From Isurus oxyrinchus (lineage: Eukaryota), in assembly GCA_026770705.1 (NCBI GenBank), contig JANJGN010000036.1:2976001-3040000 (forward strand): 64,000 bases of DNA, in the 5' to 3' direction. Below are positions 11,068 to 24,060 of this stretch, piece after piece. A program made the position numbers and the translations under genes. Below the pieces are notes generated by a model that worked only from the letters and a program-made list of their open reading frames with translations, made no database searches and was not told the origin of the DNA. The number at the start of each line of letters is the position of its first letter. The first letter of the stretch is position 1.

Positions 11068-13052
11068 AGCCAGAAATTATGGGGACCAGACAGGAAAGTG
11101 AAGCCAAGGCCACAATCAGTTCAGCCATGTTCTTATTGAATGATGGCACAGGCTCGGGGGCACAAATGTTCTACTCCTGCTCATATTTCTCAGGATAGTT
11201 TAATATGTGGTCAATTGAAATAAATGTTCAGATGGTAATTGTTGACTGGTCTAAAATCAATCTTAAAAGAACGAAGAAAATATTTTAAATATTTATACCA
11301 AAGGACTCTGTGTTAGGGTGAACTGGTTTTGACACCGTTTTAAATATAGTGAGACTTAGTTAGGAAATTTACAAAATGGTTCCATTGCACCATTGCTTCG
11401 TGGGAGCTTTTCACTCCGATTCCTGAAACAAGGAGCTGCAAATGGGTATTTAAAATTGACGCGCATTAAACAAACGCTCATTAAAATGTTAAACATAAAT
11501 AACCCCAGCAGCCGGATTAATGAATCCGAATCCCAATTAAGATGAAGATGAGAACCCGGATTATCGCGATGCTCATTGCAAAGGGTCAAACTGCTGCATC
11601 AAAATCGAGACAAAACATTTAGAAACTTCTGCTGGATGAAATCATTCTTTTATGGGACTCTCTCATGGGAAACTTGAGCCAATTATAAAGTTAAAGCAGC
11701 AAATCAGTGCTGCAAATTCTCCACAGGATCCCATGTCAAGGAATCTTCAGGAGAATTCTGAGCGACGGAAGCTGGGAGAGAAGAGAGAGATACATTCATC
11801 TTTATGTGACTAACGTGATAGAATGAAATACAGTCAGAATGGGTTCCGAAATGAGCAGACAGTGTTGTTCCTCACTGAGTGTCTGAACTGTTTTGCAGAA
11901 ATGCTTGACCTTGAAAAACAAAGTGACTCAGTGACCCTTGTAGCAGAGAGCAGGGCTGGGTAGCAAAGAGGCTGTGACAGCGAGCTTCAGAAAGACGCCT
12001 CGATCAAAGCCCATTCAGAGAGTGTGAAAAGCACATCGAGGGCGGAAATCGTTGACCCAGATTCTGATTATACTTGAGATGTAAAGTTGTCCCAGCTAGA
12101 AGCTCTTCCTATGTTTCCTGTTATTTTACCTTATGTTATGCAAGCTTCACGTACCGAGCTGCCTTCCGAGGTGAAACGCTGGGTATCAATGTTAAGCTGC
12201 TGAGAGAAGGCGGCTTGCTCCAAAGACAGATTCAACCGAACAGACAAGAGGCTGGTTTACAATGAACCTCATTTACAGCGCCCTTATCGATGTGGTAACT
12301 GGTCAATGTTTATCATCAATCCCGGTTTAGAATAACATTTACAGGTTCCCAATAGTATTCACAAAAGATGCCTTCACTTCACCTGCGGCTCACAACGAAT
12401 ACAGTGTATGTTACCCACACAGAGGCAACACTGCAACAGTTCACTCAGGCTTTTAATGCAGTTTTGAACACAATCCACACACAATTCATTCAATATGTTC
12501 CAATCCAGGTATTGAGGAGATTGGATCAGGAATTGTGCATATCAAGGTGCAAGTCTGGTGAGGTTATTGAAACTTATATTACTTTACTGAGACTTTATTT
12601 TTGGGGTAATTTTCATGGCGTCCCGTTACTGAATGTTTCACGTGGTTAACAGAGAGTTTGGGTCAGTCTGTAGCATCTGATTTTATGTCAAATCCCATTC
12701 GTCTCTGTAACTGGAATCGGGACATAGTCCTCATTCTTCTCCCGATCTGATAATATAAATGATAAGCTAATGTCCAAGATAGAATTTACCTGTCAGACTT
12801 TTCTGCGAATTTCCTGTTTTTTCCCCTTCCAACGATCTCATTTAATTTAGTTTATCTGAATAATGAGGACATTCTGCCCTCCCCTGCCTCTCCCCTTCCT
12901 CTCACCCCCACCCAACCGTTTTGTTTTCATATATTAGCCATTGGAATTGCAGAAAAGGCCAATCCCAACACAATATCATTTTACAGTTATGGCAAAATAT
13001 TTTTATTTTGTGAGTGACAAATATGGAATCAGTTTGGGCAGAATATGCCTTA

Positions 13053-13054
<2 letters not shown>

Positions 13055-13101
<47 letters not shown>

Positions 13102-13490
13102 TGTGTGTGTGTATGTGTGTGTTTGTGTGTCTGTGATTTTGTGTGTTTGTGTGTGACTGTGTGTTTGTGTGCCAATGGGTGTATGTGCGTGCGTGAGTGT
13201 ATGTAAGTGTGTGTGAGTGTGCGTTTGTGTGCCTATGGGTGCGTGTGTGTGTGTGTGTATCTGTGTATGTGCGTGTTTTTTTGTTTGTGTGCATGTGTGT
13301 ATGTATGTGTTTGTGTCTGCGTGTGTGTAGGTTTGTGTGTCTGTGTGTGTGTGTTTGTGTCTCTGTGGGTATGTGTGTGTGTGTTTGTGTGTTTGTGTGT
13401 TTATGGGTGGATGTGGGTGTCTGTATGTATGTATGTGTGTGTGTGTGTATGTGTGTGTGTATGTGTTTGTGTGTGTGCATGTGTGTGTGA
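13055..13490. repeat. Imperfect (GT)n microsatellite
   Basis: Direct reading. Confidence 0.95.
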
Positions 13491-13569
13491 ATCTGATTGT
13501 CCATACCTCAGTGGGTCGTTGTTTACCTCTGTCTCCACCCACCTCCATCACCCATCTCCACGCCCCTCA

Positions 13570-13990
13570 GAGTCAGAAATGGAGGGTTCGAGTCATCACG
13601 CCAGAGATTTGAGCAATAAGTGTAGACTGACTCATCACTGCAGACCCGAGGGATTGCTGCACTGACTAAGGTGCCGCTTTCAGATTCTGTGTTAAACCTT
13701 GGCCCTTTCTGCCTGTCGGTCGGTGTGAAAGGTGCACCGTCGCTATTCTGTGAAGAAGTGGGGTGGGGATTGGGTTCTCTCCTGTGCCCTGGGCGATATT
13801 AAAATTTCTTGACCAACATCTAAAAACACATTTTTTAGGTCATAATCTCATTGTTTTTTTTCCTGGAATCTCACTCTGCACAATATAGCTGCCCCGTTAA
13901 CAACATTACAAACATTGAGTGCACCATAAGAAGTGTCTGAAAAACAAATGTGGTTCCTGAAACCTTGAAAAGCGCGGTATTAACACAAGC
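13570..13990 (+). mobile_element. Deu-domain SINE (SacSINE/AmnSINE-like), shared with the paralogous site at about 27270-27640
   Basis: gagggattgctgcactg…ggtgccgctttcagat…ttaaacc…ggaatctcactctgcaca motif; related fragments at about 5270-5410, 20510-20690 and 24230-24440. Confidence 0.6.
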
Positions 13991-16786
13991 CTTTTAATTG
14001 TGTGTGTATGTGTGTGTGTGTGTGTGTTACTCTTTCTGGCTTTGATTAGTTTTGTGGGATTTCCCCAACCACATAGATGGCATAGAGCAAAACATGGTGA
14101 TCTGATTGGCGAGTTAACATCAATGCAATCCAATAAAATTGAGATAGATCATTCCCATTTTCTGATTACACCTTGGTGATTTCTGTATTAAGTTGCTTTC
14201 CGAATTCTGCTTCTCTATTCCAATACATTAGTTCAGGCAATTCTTGCAAAGGCACATTTAGCAAATCAATTATAAAACTAAGATAGGGAGCAATGAAAGC
14301 AGAGATAAGAATACATTTCAAAAGACGAGCATATTTGTGGTAGAAAAAATGCAAAGATATGGAGAAGGAGATGAGTTCACTGGGACGAATTGGGTTACTT
14401 TTTCAAAGAGCTGGCACAGACACCATGGGCCGAATGGCTTTCTTCTGTGCATTCAATGATTCGATCAAGCTCTATTACACAGATAACCTGACCTCACCTT
14501 TAACTATTTTTGAATGTGAATACACTTCCAGTCTCAGGGCGGACCTCCCTAAACCCTTCCTGGAGTTTGCTGCATTAGAAAATAAATCGTAAAGAAGACG
14601 GGTCACAGATAAGAATCGGGACATTTTCTCTGTGCTGAATTATGGAGGAGGCAGGATTTGCCAAATAACCCACAGCCTCGTGGAAACAAAATGGAGCCAT
14701 GGAGACACCCACGAATCAACAAAACTACTCCCACCAGAATTTACAAAAAACCGTCTCATTTTGTGAAATGTGAAATAAGTTGTTTTCAGGATTGTTAAGG
14801 ATATTCCACTGTATTCACGTAATTCAAATGTGAAAGAAACACTGAACAAACATTACGGACATTCTCCAGTTTCTCTGGACCTTTTCTGCTGATCCTGAAA
14901 TTCCAGTTACTGACAGGATGTTTATTTCTTTGCAAACGTCTGTATGTAAGTAAGTGAAATAAATTATTCTTCCATTATAACGATTCATCAAAGGTGTGTA
15001 TCGATCAACAATTTGCTTATAATTCAATGCAAAATGGATGAAACTGCAGCTTGTGTTGAGCAGACAGTATCAACACTGGATTGAGATGGTTTTGTGGTGG
15101 TGTTCTCTGCCTGAGATGTAATGTGTTTAATCATTTACAGAATTAGAACACAGCAGTAGAGGGGCACGGGCCCTCATGCTGGAACTTTGTGATGACGCCA
15201 TTTTACTTTTACACAGTGTGTTCTGCTTTGAGCTCAGTTTTAAATACATATCTCAGAGTTTTTGGTGTAGTGCAGTGTGTTTTGGAAGAAGAGGTGACTT
15301 TGCAGATATGTTTCCCCAAGCCGATCACCACTGGGCCATTCACTGCTCATGCCTGGAATGTTGTAGACAAATCAATAGGGATTTACTACTATAGCAATCC
15401 AATGATCATCGTACCACTGAACCGCCAGCCTGGCAGGGTGCAATCTAGATTGATGGTTTTTTTCTGTTTGTCTGTTTTTATTTCCCTATTTTCCTGATCT
15501 CAAGTTTGCAAAATTTTGCAACAATGTTTTCAACCAGAGAGATAGAGGATTACACAGGACCCGGGCACACTTCATTGATGATCAATGTCATATCAGTCCA
15601 TATATTCTTATTCTGTTTATTCGGGAACCAAAAGGTATTGACGGATGAGATAAATGAGCAACATAAACAGTTCCTGTTCAGGTCACTTTCAAGATCCATC
15701 TCGCAGAAACTGTCCAATAAACCTGTCGATTATTTAACTGAGCTCCTGACTGTGGTGACCTTGCTAATGTGAATTTAGGTTGTATTGTAGTGTTATTACA
15801 GCAGATATAAGTTTACCAGGTCTCGGGTGAAGAAGGTTAAACTACAAGAATAGGTTGCTCAGACTAGGCTTGCATTCCCTCCATGATGATATTTCTGGTC
15901 CACACGAGCCTCCTCCCACCCTCTCTGCATCCCACCCCATGAACAAATCATTACATTTTTTTTTCTCTCATATAATTATTCAACTTCCCCTGAAAAGCAC
16001 GGCTGATAGTTACCTCAACCTCTCCCCCTGGGATCGATTTCCGCATTATTCCCACTCTCTGTCTAAAGAAGATTATCATGAATTCCCCATTGGATTCATT
16101 AGTGAATATCTTAAACTGATGGCCTATCGTTCTTGTTATCCCCTCAACTATCCAATCATTTCATAATTTTGAAGGTCTTTATCAGGTCAGCCCAGCAGTT
16201 TACTCTTTTCTAGACAAAAGAGTGCCCGCCTGTTCAGTCCTACCTGAAATCATAAACTCTCATTTCTGTTATCATTCTAGTAAAATTGTTCCCAAATTTT
16301 AAAGCGCACACATCTGCTCTATAAAGATATCCTGAATTGCAAATTCAATGAGCATATTTGGACTGAGCGACCAAACAACTTCCAATAAGAAACGCAATGC
16401 TTGGATTTCAAAATCTGCTTTAATGGGTTGGTAAATTGGACACTGATGCGCTCTTTCCTGCTCAAGCTGAAAAAAAGATCCGCAATTAAATTTAAAAAAA
16501 ACACTAACACAAGAAAGTAACACGTATAGAAACTGAGCAGAAAGTTAAAATGTCCGAATATCAACATCCTCTTGAAATGACAGGTTCTATTAGGCATGCA
16601 GTCTCTCCAGTAGGCGATAAATTGCCACATTACTACTGATAAATCTGCGTTCAGAATTTGGGATGACAATCTATTAGGAAGGTTCACACATCCAGGCTTT
16701 CCACCAATGAGGACGAAAAAAGAGGAAACTTTCCACTGCACGTCATATCCCGGAAGCAGCATATGAGCTGTCAATTTCCATTGTTA

Positions 16787-19700
16787 TCAGAGTGTAGGGT
16801 CCGCATTAAACGCTAGCCGAGCATAAAGAGTCTGCAACAGAAAGCACGAACAGTGATCATGAGAAACAGCATCATCAGGGGGCGGAAAGAGGACATTCAA
16901 CCCTTCGAGCCTTTCCCGCTAGACAGTTAAATAATTCTGGATCCGCATCTCAACCCTGTTTACCCTCCTTGCTACCATAACACTAAATCCAACGAAAATC
17001 TATCACACCGTGTTTCAGCATTTTCGGCTGACCTCCCGTTTAAATTTCTTTACATGTATTGTCACAGTGCTATTGAAAAGTCTGTTATCTTAAAACATGC
17101 GCCATGTAAAGTCTCATACACACATATGAAAGCAACCAGAAATCTTCCAATTTGAATTTAAAATCCGTCATCCTTTATGTTTACACGCTAACAACAATTT
17201 CTATTCATAGTTACCGCCTTTTCTTCCATACTTGCTCTGGAATATGTCAGTTCCATATCAATGTTCATGCTGCCTGTTAGAAAGAGGATTTTAAAATGAG
17301 TGTAACTGTTCACAGTTCACACTGAACCGGCTGAAAGTGTACACAACCTTGCGACAATTTGATAGATTAAGAGCGCTCCTGAGTTACAACATCTCCCTAC
17401 AATCTCTACCTGTCTGCCGTTCTTGCAGATCCTGCTCCCGGCGAGCAGGACTAACGCCAGAAGGAGTGGCGCCGCCAACAAACTCCCAGAATGCGAGAAA
17501 TTGCAGGGGGCAGGTAGCGGTGAATCTGGAGAGCAAATAAAAAGCATTGTATTTGAGGATAAATCCCGTAACTGAAGCCTTTTGACTCTGACAGAACGTT
17601 CAAGTAGACTCTAGCACACGGGAGCTAGAGATTGGCAAATAATGTCAGTCTTGTCAATATCATCAGCATCTCCAGGTCATTAAAAAAAATAAGCTGAAGC
17701 AGATTAGAAAAGTGAAGCGAATTTACAAAGCTGAAATCAGATGGATGGATATGGAAAGAGAGAGATGTAGAAATTGGGAGATAAATAGAGTTGGAGGGCG
17801 TATTATAGAGAGAGATAGATGGATGGATCGATAGGAGAGTTGGAGAGATAGAAAGACACACGGGCAGTTAGACAGAGAGGCAGATAGGTGGATAGACTGA
17901 TACACATATAAATACACACATACACATATAAATACATACATACATACATACATGCACACATACATACATATATTTAAGCACAAGAATATGTTAGAACTAC
18001 ACAAGAATGACCAGCGCGGTCTGGGAAAGAGGATGAAGCAATGGGGCCTCCAAGTTTCTGCTGACTCTTCAAAGTCCACATTGCAATTCAGCACTTCCAA
18101 ACCCCATCAAACTCATCCATCTCCTGCATTCATTTAACTTTCTATCCATCTTCCCACATCTCCTACAAGCTGCGCACTTTATTATTTCCCAAAAGCCATC
18201 TTGTGAGGCACATGAAGGCCAACGAATTATCTTAAATATCTATTCAGACATTTCTTCAGCATAAAAGCTCTATTCAACTCTTTAAACGTAACCACAATTC
18301 CACAAACCGGTGCGTGCTGACCTTAACTACCTCTTCTACTGAGAAATGCTCACCTATTTCATTTAGAATAATGGATGGTAAAGGTTTGCCCTCCAGTCCT
18401 GTTAGACTGACTTGTTTATAGTTCCCCAAATGACTTCTATACTCTGCTTTTGATGCAAATTTAGGATTAGAAGGTTTTTTGCGAGGAATGATGAGGATTA
18501 GTGTTAGGGTTCTGCTTTGGTTTGGGTAACCGTTAGGGCTAGCATAAGGGTTAGGATTAGGGTTGGGTTTATGGTTCGGATTAGGATCAGCTTTAAATTC
18601 AGGGTTAGGATTAGGATCAGATTAGTGTTAGTGCTAGAGTTATACACTCACTGGAAATGAGTTTCTAATTCTGACAGAGGAGCAGAGAGAAATGGGTTAC
18701 AGACAAACAAACACTTGGCATGACAGACAGAGGTTATTAAGGCCACAAAAAGCAACCCACCCAGCACTGGGAGCAATACCTGAATAAATTGAATTGAAAA
18801 ACAGGAAGGCTTTGTTGAAGTTATCATTAGCTTAGTTAGACATCACTTACAGTCCTGTGAACAACCTCATCTCCAGATTATAAAAAGAATATAGAGGATT
18901 GGAAAGGGGGAAACAAAGAACCTTTACCAGGATGATATCCACACTGAGTGATTATAATTATCAGAAGGCTTGAACAGGCTGGAGTACTTTTCTCTACAAA
19001 GGAGAAGACTGAAGTTTGACCTCATGGAGATCTTTAGTCTTTTGAACTGATTTGTGGGGATAGATGTAGAAACAATTTTTCTACATGTGTAGGGTCGAGA
19101 CCCGGTCTCTGGGCCATCAATATTTGACAGTAACTTATATCTAAAATCGGGGATTCAGGAGAAAGGTATATACCCACAGAATAGGGAGAATGTGGAGATC
19201 GTTACCACACGAGCGGTTAAGGTGAATAGCAGGGATGCATTTAGGGCAAAGCTAGATAAACACATGAGGGCAAAAGGATTGTGTGATTTGAAGTGGGAAT
19301 TGATAGTGCTTGTGTGGACCACGAACAGCAGCACGGAGCAGAGGAGCCGAAGGGTCTGTCTCTGTCCTGGAAACACTGCAGAATATAGATAATAACAGAA
19401 AGGAATCGGCGGAGCAAGTAGTGAAAGGAAAACTGTGGTGTTATTTGATCATTGATATTCTAGAATGTTCTTCCTCCCGCCACACACACCAATCTCAAGG
19501 AGACAGATAGATGAATATTTCATAAAGCTTTACACTAGGAAAATGAGATGTATGAGAGAAGGGTCATGGGCACATGGGAAGAGGGAATATTTAACGTACA
19601 AAGAGATATTGCCAAAAAATAAGCGGCATATAAACTAAAGCAGGGAACTATTAATAGCTACCTCTCTCAGACGAGGCACTTTCACTAAGAAAAGTTTCAC

Positions 19701-21124
19701 TGGATTTGATTTAAACGATGCAAGTAAAGCGAGCTCCGCTGCTCCAAGTTCCCACACTCAGAATTATGTGGCTCCTGACGGCACAGGTTCCATCCGTCTC
19801 GAGGGTCACAGAATCGCTCTGTCCCTCGGTATCGTGCCCGGAAACATTCCAGCGGACAGCAAACGAATCGGTGTCCACACCCTTCAGCAAACACACCAAA
19901 GGGACCCTTTCCATTGAGGCAATTTCAGCTGGTGGCACAGTTAAGAGGTAGATTATTCGAGGTCCTGGTGGGATGGAGAGATAGGATTCAATCGCTATTG
20001 GGTATAAACTGCTGATTAGTTATGGTGCAAAGTGCAAATTAATCGTTATTTCTACCTGTAATGATCAACTTGTAACCGTTTCCAAACATCTAGGGCATTC
20101 CGCTGAGCTTCTTGGCTGAACAGTGATACACACCAGTATCATTGAATGTCCATAATGACCAGAGGATAGAGAGTGGATTTCTGGTCAACCTCTCCCGAAA
20201 ATCTCCCGGTTGGATAGATGTATTTTGTCACGGTGTAATCAAGTTGTAGATTCTCCCGTTGCTGATATTGCCAAACAGCCTGTGTGACAAAGCACCTTGT
20301 AGGTACTTCCAAGCGAGAGACTCTGGGCTGCCGGAATCTGGGACAAAACTGCCTGAGATAAAGTAACTGACAGGGACAAAAATCAACAATAGAGGTTCTG
20401 TTATGGCAGCGAAAGAGAACATGTTTCCTCTGCAGAATTGGCTACAGCAGTAAACTAAGAAGCAGATCTACCTCTCATTCTTCATAAATCCGGTGGACTC
20501 AAGCGCTGAAGGTTTTATTTGAAACCGTTGCAGACACCAGGGTGAAAGAGAACCGGGTTTGCAGCCGGTGAAGGTTTTTTACAAGTGCAGCCGCAGTTGT
20601 AAAACAGGGAATTCGGCGAATTTGCGCACAGCAAGATTCCACAAAGAGCAATGTGATATTCACCCAGAGTGCATTTTGTGACGTTGTTTGTAGGGGGAAA
20701 ATTAGGCCCCGGGGAGGCCGATGAAAACAATCATCCGCCGGATCATCCACCGCCCCCTATCCACCACCCCCCACCACCCCCCCCCCCCCCCACTCAACCC
20801 CCAACAGCCGGCGTCGGCCCGGCTTTTTTCCTCCCTGGGGAAATGGGGCGGGTTTCATGCCAAAGGTGCAGACAGGTGATCTCGATTCACCAGGTCATCC
20901 GATAAATTGGAGAATGTTGACATGTGATCGAGTATGATCAGGTGGGATAATGTATTTCTTCAACATGAAGTTAATATGAGATGATGTAACTGTGGGAGTA
21001 ATTTTACACCTGACTGACTAGCTCAGTGGCCTTAAACTTGCAATGAGACAATTCTGAATGAGGAGTGAAGAAGACACAAACCTGGAAACACATGCAGCAA
21101 CGTGCAGGACATTATGAATCTCAT
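16787..21124 (-). pseudogene. A2: pseudogene paralogue of A1 (L-VJ-C1-TM-Cyt)
   Basis: Exons 21124-21082 (leader), 20366-20056 (V: two frameshifts including a CDR1 deletion between GCTG microhomologies, TAG before FGNG), 19964-19662 (C1: TAA after FTCIV), 17525-17410 (neutral TM, 1-nt deletion), 17273-17215 (…ELTYSRA…), 16831-16787 (TLYARLAFNADPTL*). Confidence 0.9.
18460..18642 (+). repeat. Degenerate interstitial telomere-like (TTAGGG/TTAGGA)n array
   Basis: ttagggttaggattagggttgggtt-type hexamers. Confidence 0.7.
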
Positions 21125-23020
21125 GTTTGGTGCTCTCAGATAGGTCGCTGTGGTATTTACATCGTCTCTTCTCTCCGGTGTCTCTGTGCTCGGCCTCGGG
21201 ACCTGGAAGTCATTGTGAAAATGCACAGTTTGCAGAGATTAGGTGCACTGATTAAAAATAGCATACTGGAAAAATCAGCCCCTGTAACTGTTGGCTGAGG
21301 GTTTCCTGTTTACAGGTTTGGAGCCCACGCACAGCTCTGCCTGCAAAGGGCAACACGTTACAGCTCATGTGAAAAGCCTGTGAAAGGCGGGGCGCGGCCC
21401 CGAGTGTCTCAAACCGTAGGCAAAAGGCAATGGTGCTGAATTCAACAACATTAATGCTTGTGACGTTCGTGTGGGGGCAGGGTTAACATCCCTAATTCCG
21501 AGCGTTGTGTTTAATTCCTCCACAACACACTAATTTATTCTGGTCTACACAAAGAATACATGCCAGATTGAAGAAACCTGAAATCAGATGTTAATATTTT
21601 TGTTACTGTTTCACCCAATACCTCTCTGCCCCCTGTCACTTTGTGTCAGAATTATTCCCTCACTCGCACTCCAGCCCCTTGAACCAATTCCCCCGATGTC
21701 GAACATAGCCATTCTCTGAGAGGGGCCCAATATGGCCAGGAGCAGGTATAGAAAGCTACTACGAGGTGGAAAGTAAATCGAGGTCTGTTTCGATTTAAGT
21801 GCTAAAGTGTCCCTGAACAAGCTGGAAACATTCCAGCCCGTGGCCATGCAGCAGCCATACAGTCACAAAACATTTAGATATATTTACCATTCATTGTTGG
21901 AGAAACTTGGACAGAGTGGAGCAAGATCCCTGACGGTGAAGCATGTGAAACAGGATATACAAAACAGAAGGGAATGTACCAAACCAAGCTCTACTGTAGA
22001 GAAAGTGTGGTGGTGCACGCCGCTCTGCTCAGATGGATAGACAGGGGTTATAGAATGAAGACGGCTGGACAGAGTTAAGGTATCGCTCAACAGTCTGATT
22101 TAATGGCAGCACAAACTCAATTGATGGTCTGAATGGCATCCTCCTGCTGCATTGTTCCAGTAGGATTAGGAGGTCAAAATATTAAAAGACAAATTGAGGA
22201 CTGATATCAGAAGGTCTAGGACAACCAGACTGATTAACATTGGGAAATGTTCTCTGGGTAGGGCGAATGGTGTGGCGAATTGGGGGTGGGGTATTGCTGG
22301 ATGGTGAAACCCCCTGAAATTATTTAGGAAACAGGTGTGGTTCTGAGGTTTGAGGGATGCATAACGTTTCTGGATGGACAAACAGTGTATAGTGAATGAT
22401 CTTTTCCAACTGCATCTTGTATAAATGCTCTCCAAGTTATCTTTACAATATCTGTGCAAAATCTAATTTCACAGCAGAATAAGACGATGATAATTTGAGA
22501 ATATTTCTATCAACTAGAACAAGACTGACAAGGGATTGTTGAGCGGATTGGAGTTATCAGTATTCCTAACAACAACTGCCTCCAGCTTTTAACGGTTTTG
22601 AAATTAAATCTCACTGAAACATCGTCTCAATTTTTGGTCATGCATTTGACTGATCTTCTGATGTGGGGAGTAAATTGTGTTAACGTTTCCAAATTATTGA
22701 CATCACCAACAATCCACATTCAGGCACAGCTATGGGTTGTGCTATAAGCTGTAAAGACACTAACACTAACTCGAGCGGTGTGGCATAAGAGGGCCCATTC
22801 TCAGGGTCAGGAGGAGATAGCTGGGATGTTGGACTAAAGTGCACATTGAAAGAGCCGGCACAGGGATAACCTTCAGCAATCAACCTCTGCCTGTACTGTC
22901 TCGATCTCACACCAAACACACACAAACACACGCACAAATCTCAAACACACACGCACCAAACAAACACACACACACAGACACACATACACAGACACACACC
23001 CCAAACACAACACGCACACC

Positions 23021-23228
23021 NNNNNNNNNNNNNNNNNNNNNNNNNNNNNNNNNNNNNNNNNNNNNNNNNNNNNNNNNNNNNNNNNNNNNNNNNNNNNNNN
23101 NNNNNNNNNNNNNNNNNNNNNNNNNNNNNNNNNNNNNNNNNNNNNNNNNNNNNNNNNNNNNNNNNNNNNNNNNNNNNNNNNNNNNNNNNNNNNNNNNNNN
23201 NNNNNNNNNNNNNNNNNNNNNNNNNNNN
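23021..23228. other. Assembly gap within a (CA)n tract
   Basis: Run of N. Confidence 1.
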
Positions 23229-23672
23229 AGCGAGACACATTAACTATACACACACAGAGACACGCTCAGCATAGGGCAAGTCTGTCACCTCTACAGCTCC
23301 AGTATCCTCCATTTGACAGTTGTTAACTTTTACAGTAACACAACAATGATGCTCCCGATATCATTCAAGATTATGCATAAAGATTAGCATTTATGCAGTG
23401 ACCCAGAGCAAGCTCTGAAATGACATAGATGAAATAAAGCATTTGGTGAAATATCCGTTTGCGGTCCGGTATAAAATGGTTAAATGACAACTCAACTGTT
23501 TTGGAATGAGAACGGCATGTTTGAACTTATGGATGGGGCAATGGCGGCTCCTGTTACAACAATACCCAGCGGCTGGGAAAGGCCTCAATCAGTGAAGCAA
23601 GCCGCACTGCACTCTGGGAGAACCTGCCGCGCATGCTCAGCTCAAACTCCGCCCAGCACGGCCCTTTTTACA

Positions 23673-24060
23673 TTATTCATGCGCCAAAAACCGGGCAGAA
23701 TTTTGGTTCCCTCTTGAGTCTAAAGAGTCTCTTCTGCTTCGTTTGACGACTTGATGAATAAAAAAATAAACAGAAAAGATGTCACGCTCAGATGACGGCC
23801 GCTTGCCCCGCTTGCGGGCCGGGGCCCAAGATTGACAAAGAGCAGCGCCTGGGTTCCGGGAGGGGTCAAGAGGTGAATCCTGGATGATCAGGCAGGCGAG
23901 GAGGGTGGGATTCTTTTTTGATCCCTTTTCCAATGCAGCCATGTCCAAAGAGGCGTAGAGAGGTCCGACCTGAGACTGGGAAGCACATTTAACATTGATG
24001 TTCAAAAATACTTTGAGAATACGCGTCAGATTATCTCGGCCTGCAATCGCATTCCATCCT
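23673..24060 (-). other. Duplicated B1 terminal exon (SQVGPLYASLDMAALEKGSKK…) running into unrelated sequence as a 100-codon frame
   Basis: About 150 bp (23911-24060) is nearly identical to 26680-26828, including the acceptor. Confidence 0.65.

Larger units (their letters stand above)
10473..15880 (+). pseudogene. B2: inverted duplicate of the B1 locus with all ectodomain/TM exons deleted; only upstream region, last intron, disabled terminal exon and 3' region remain
   Basis: About 10500-12585 aligns with the reverse complement of about 37620-35600, and about 12590-15880 with about 28190-25375. The terminal exon at 14532 reads SQGGPP* (TAA at the Tyr position, 14550-14552) plus a frameshift. 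Confidence 0.8.

Noticed and set aside
12902-13665. Long His/Thr-rich and Val/Cys-rich ORFs
   Set aside because: Translations of the (GT)n microsatellite.
14532-14612. Candidate terminal exon for A1
   Set aside because: It is B-type. The exon at 10036-10080 is the true homologue of the A2 terminal exon.
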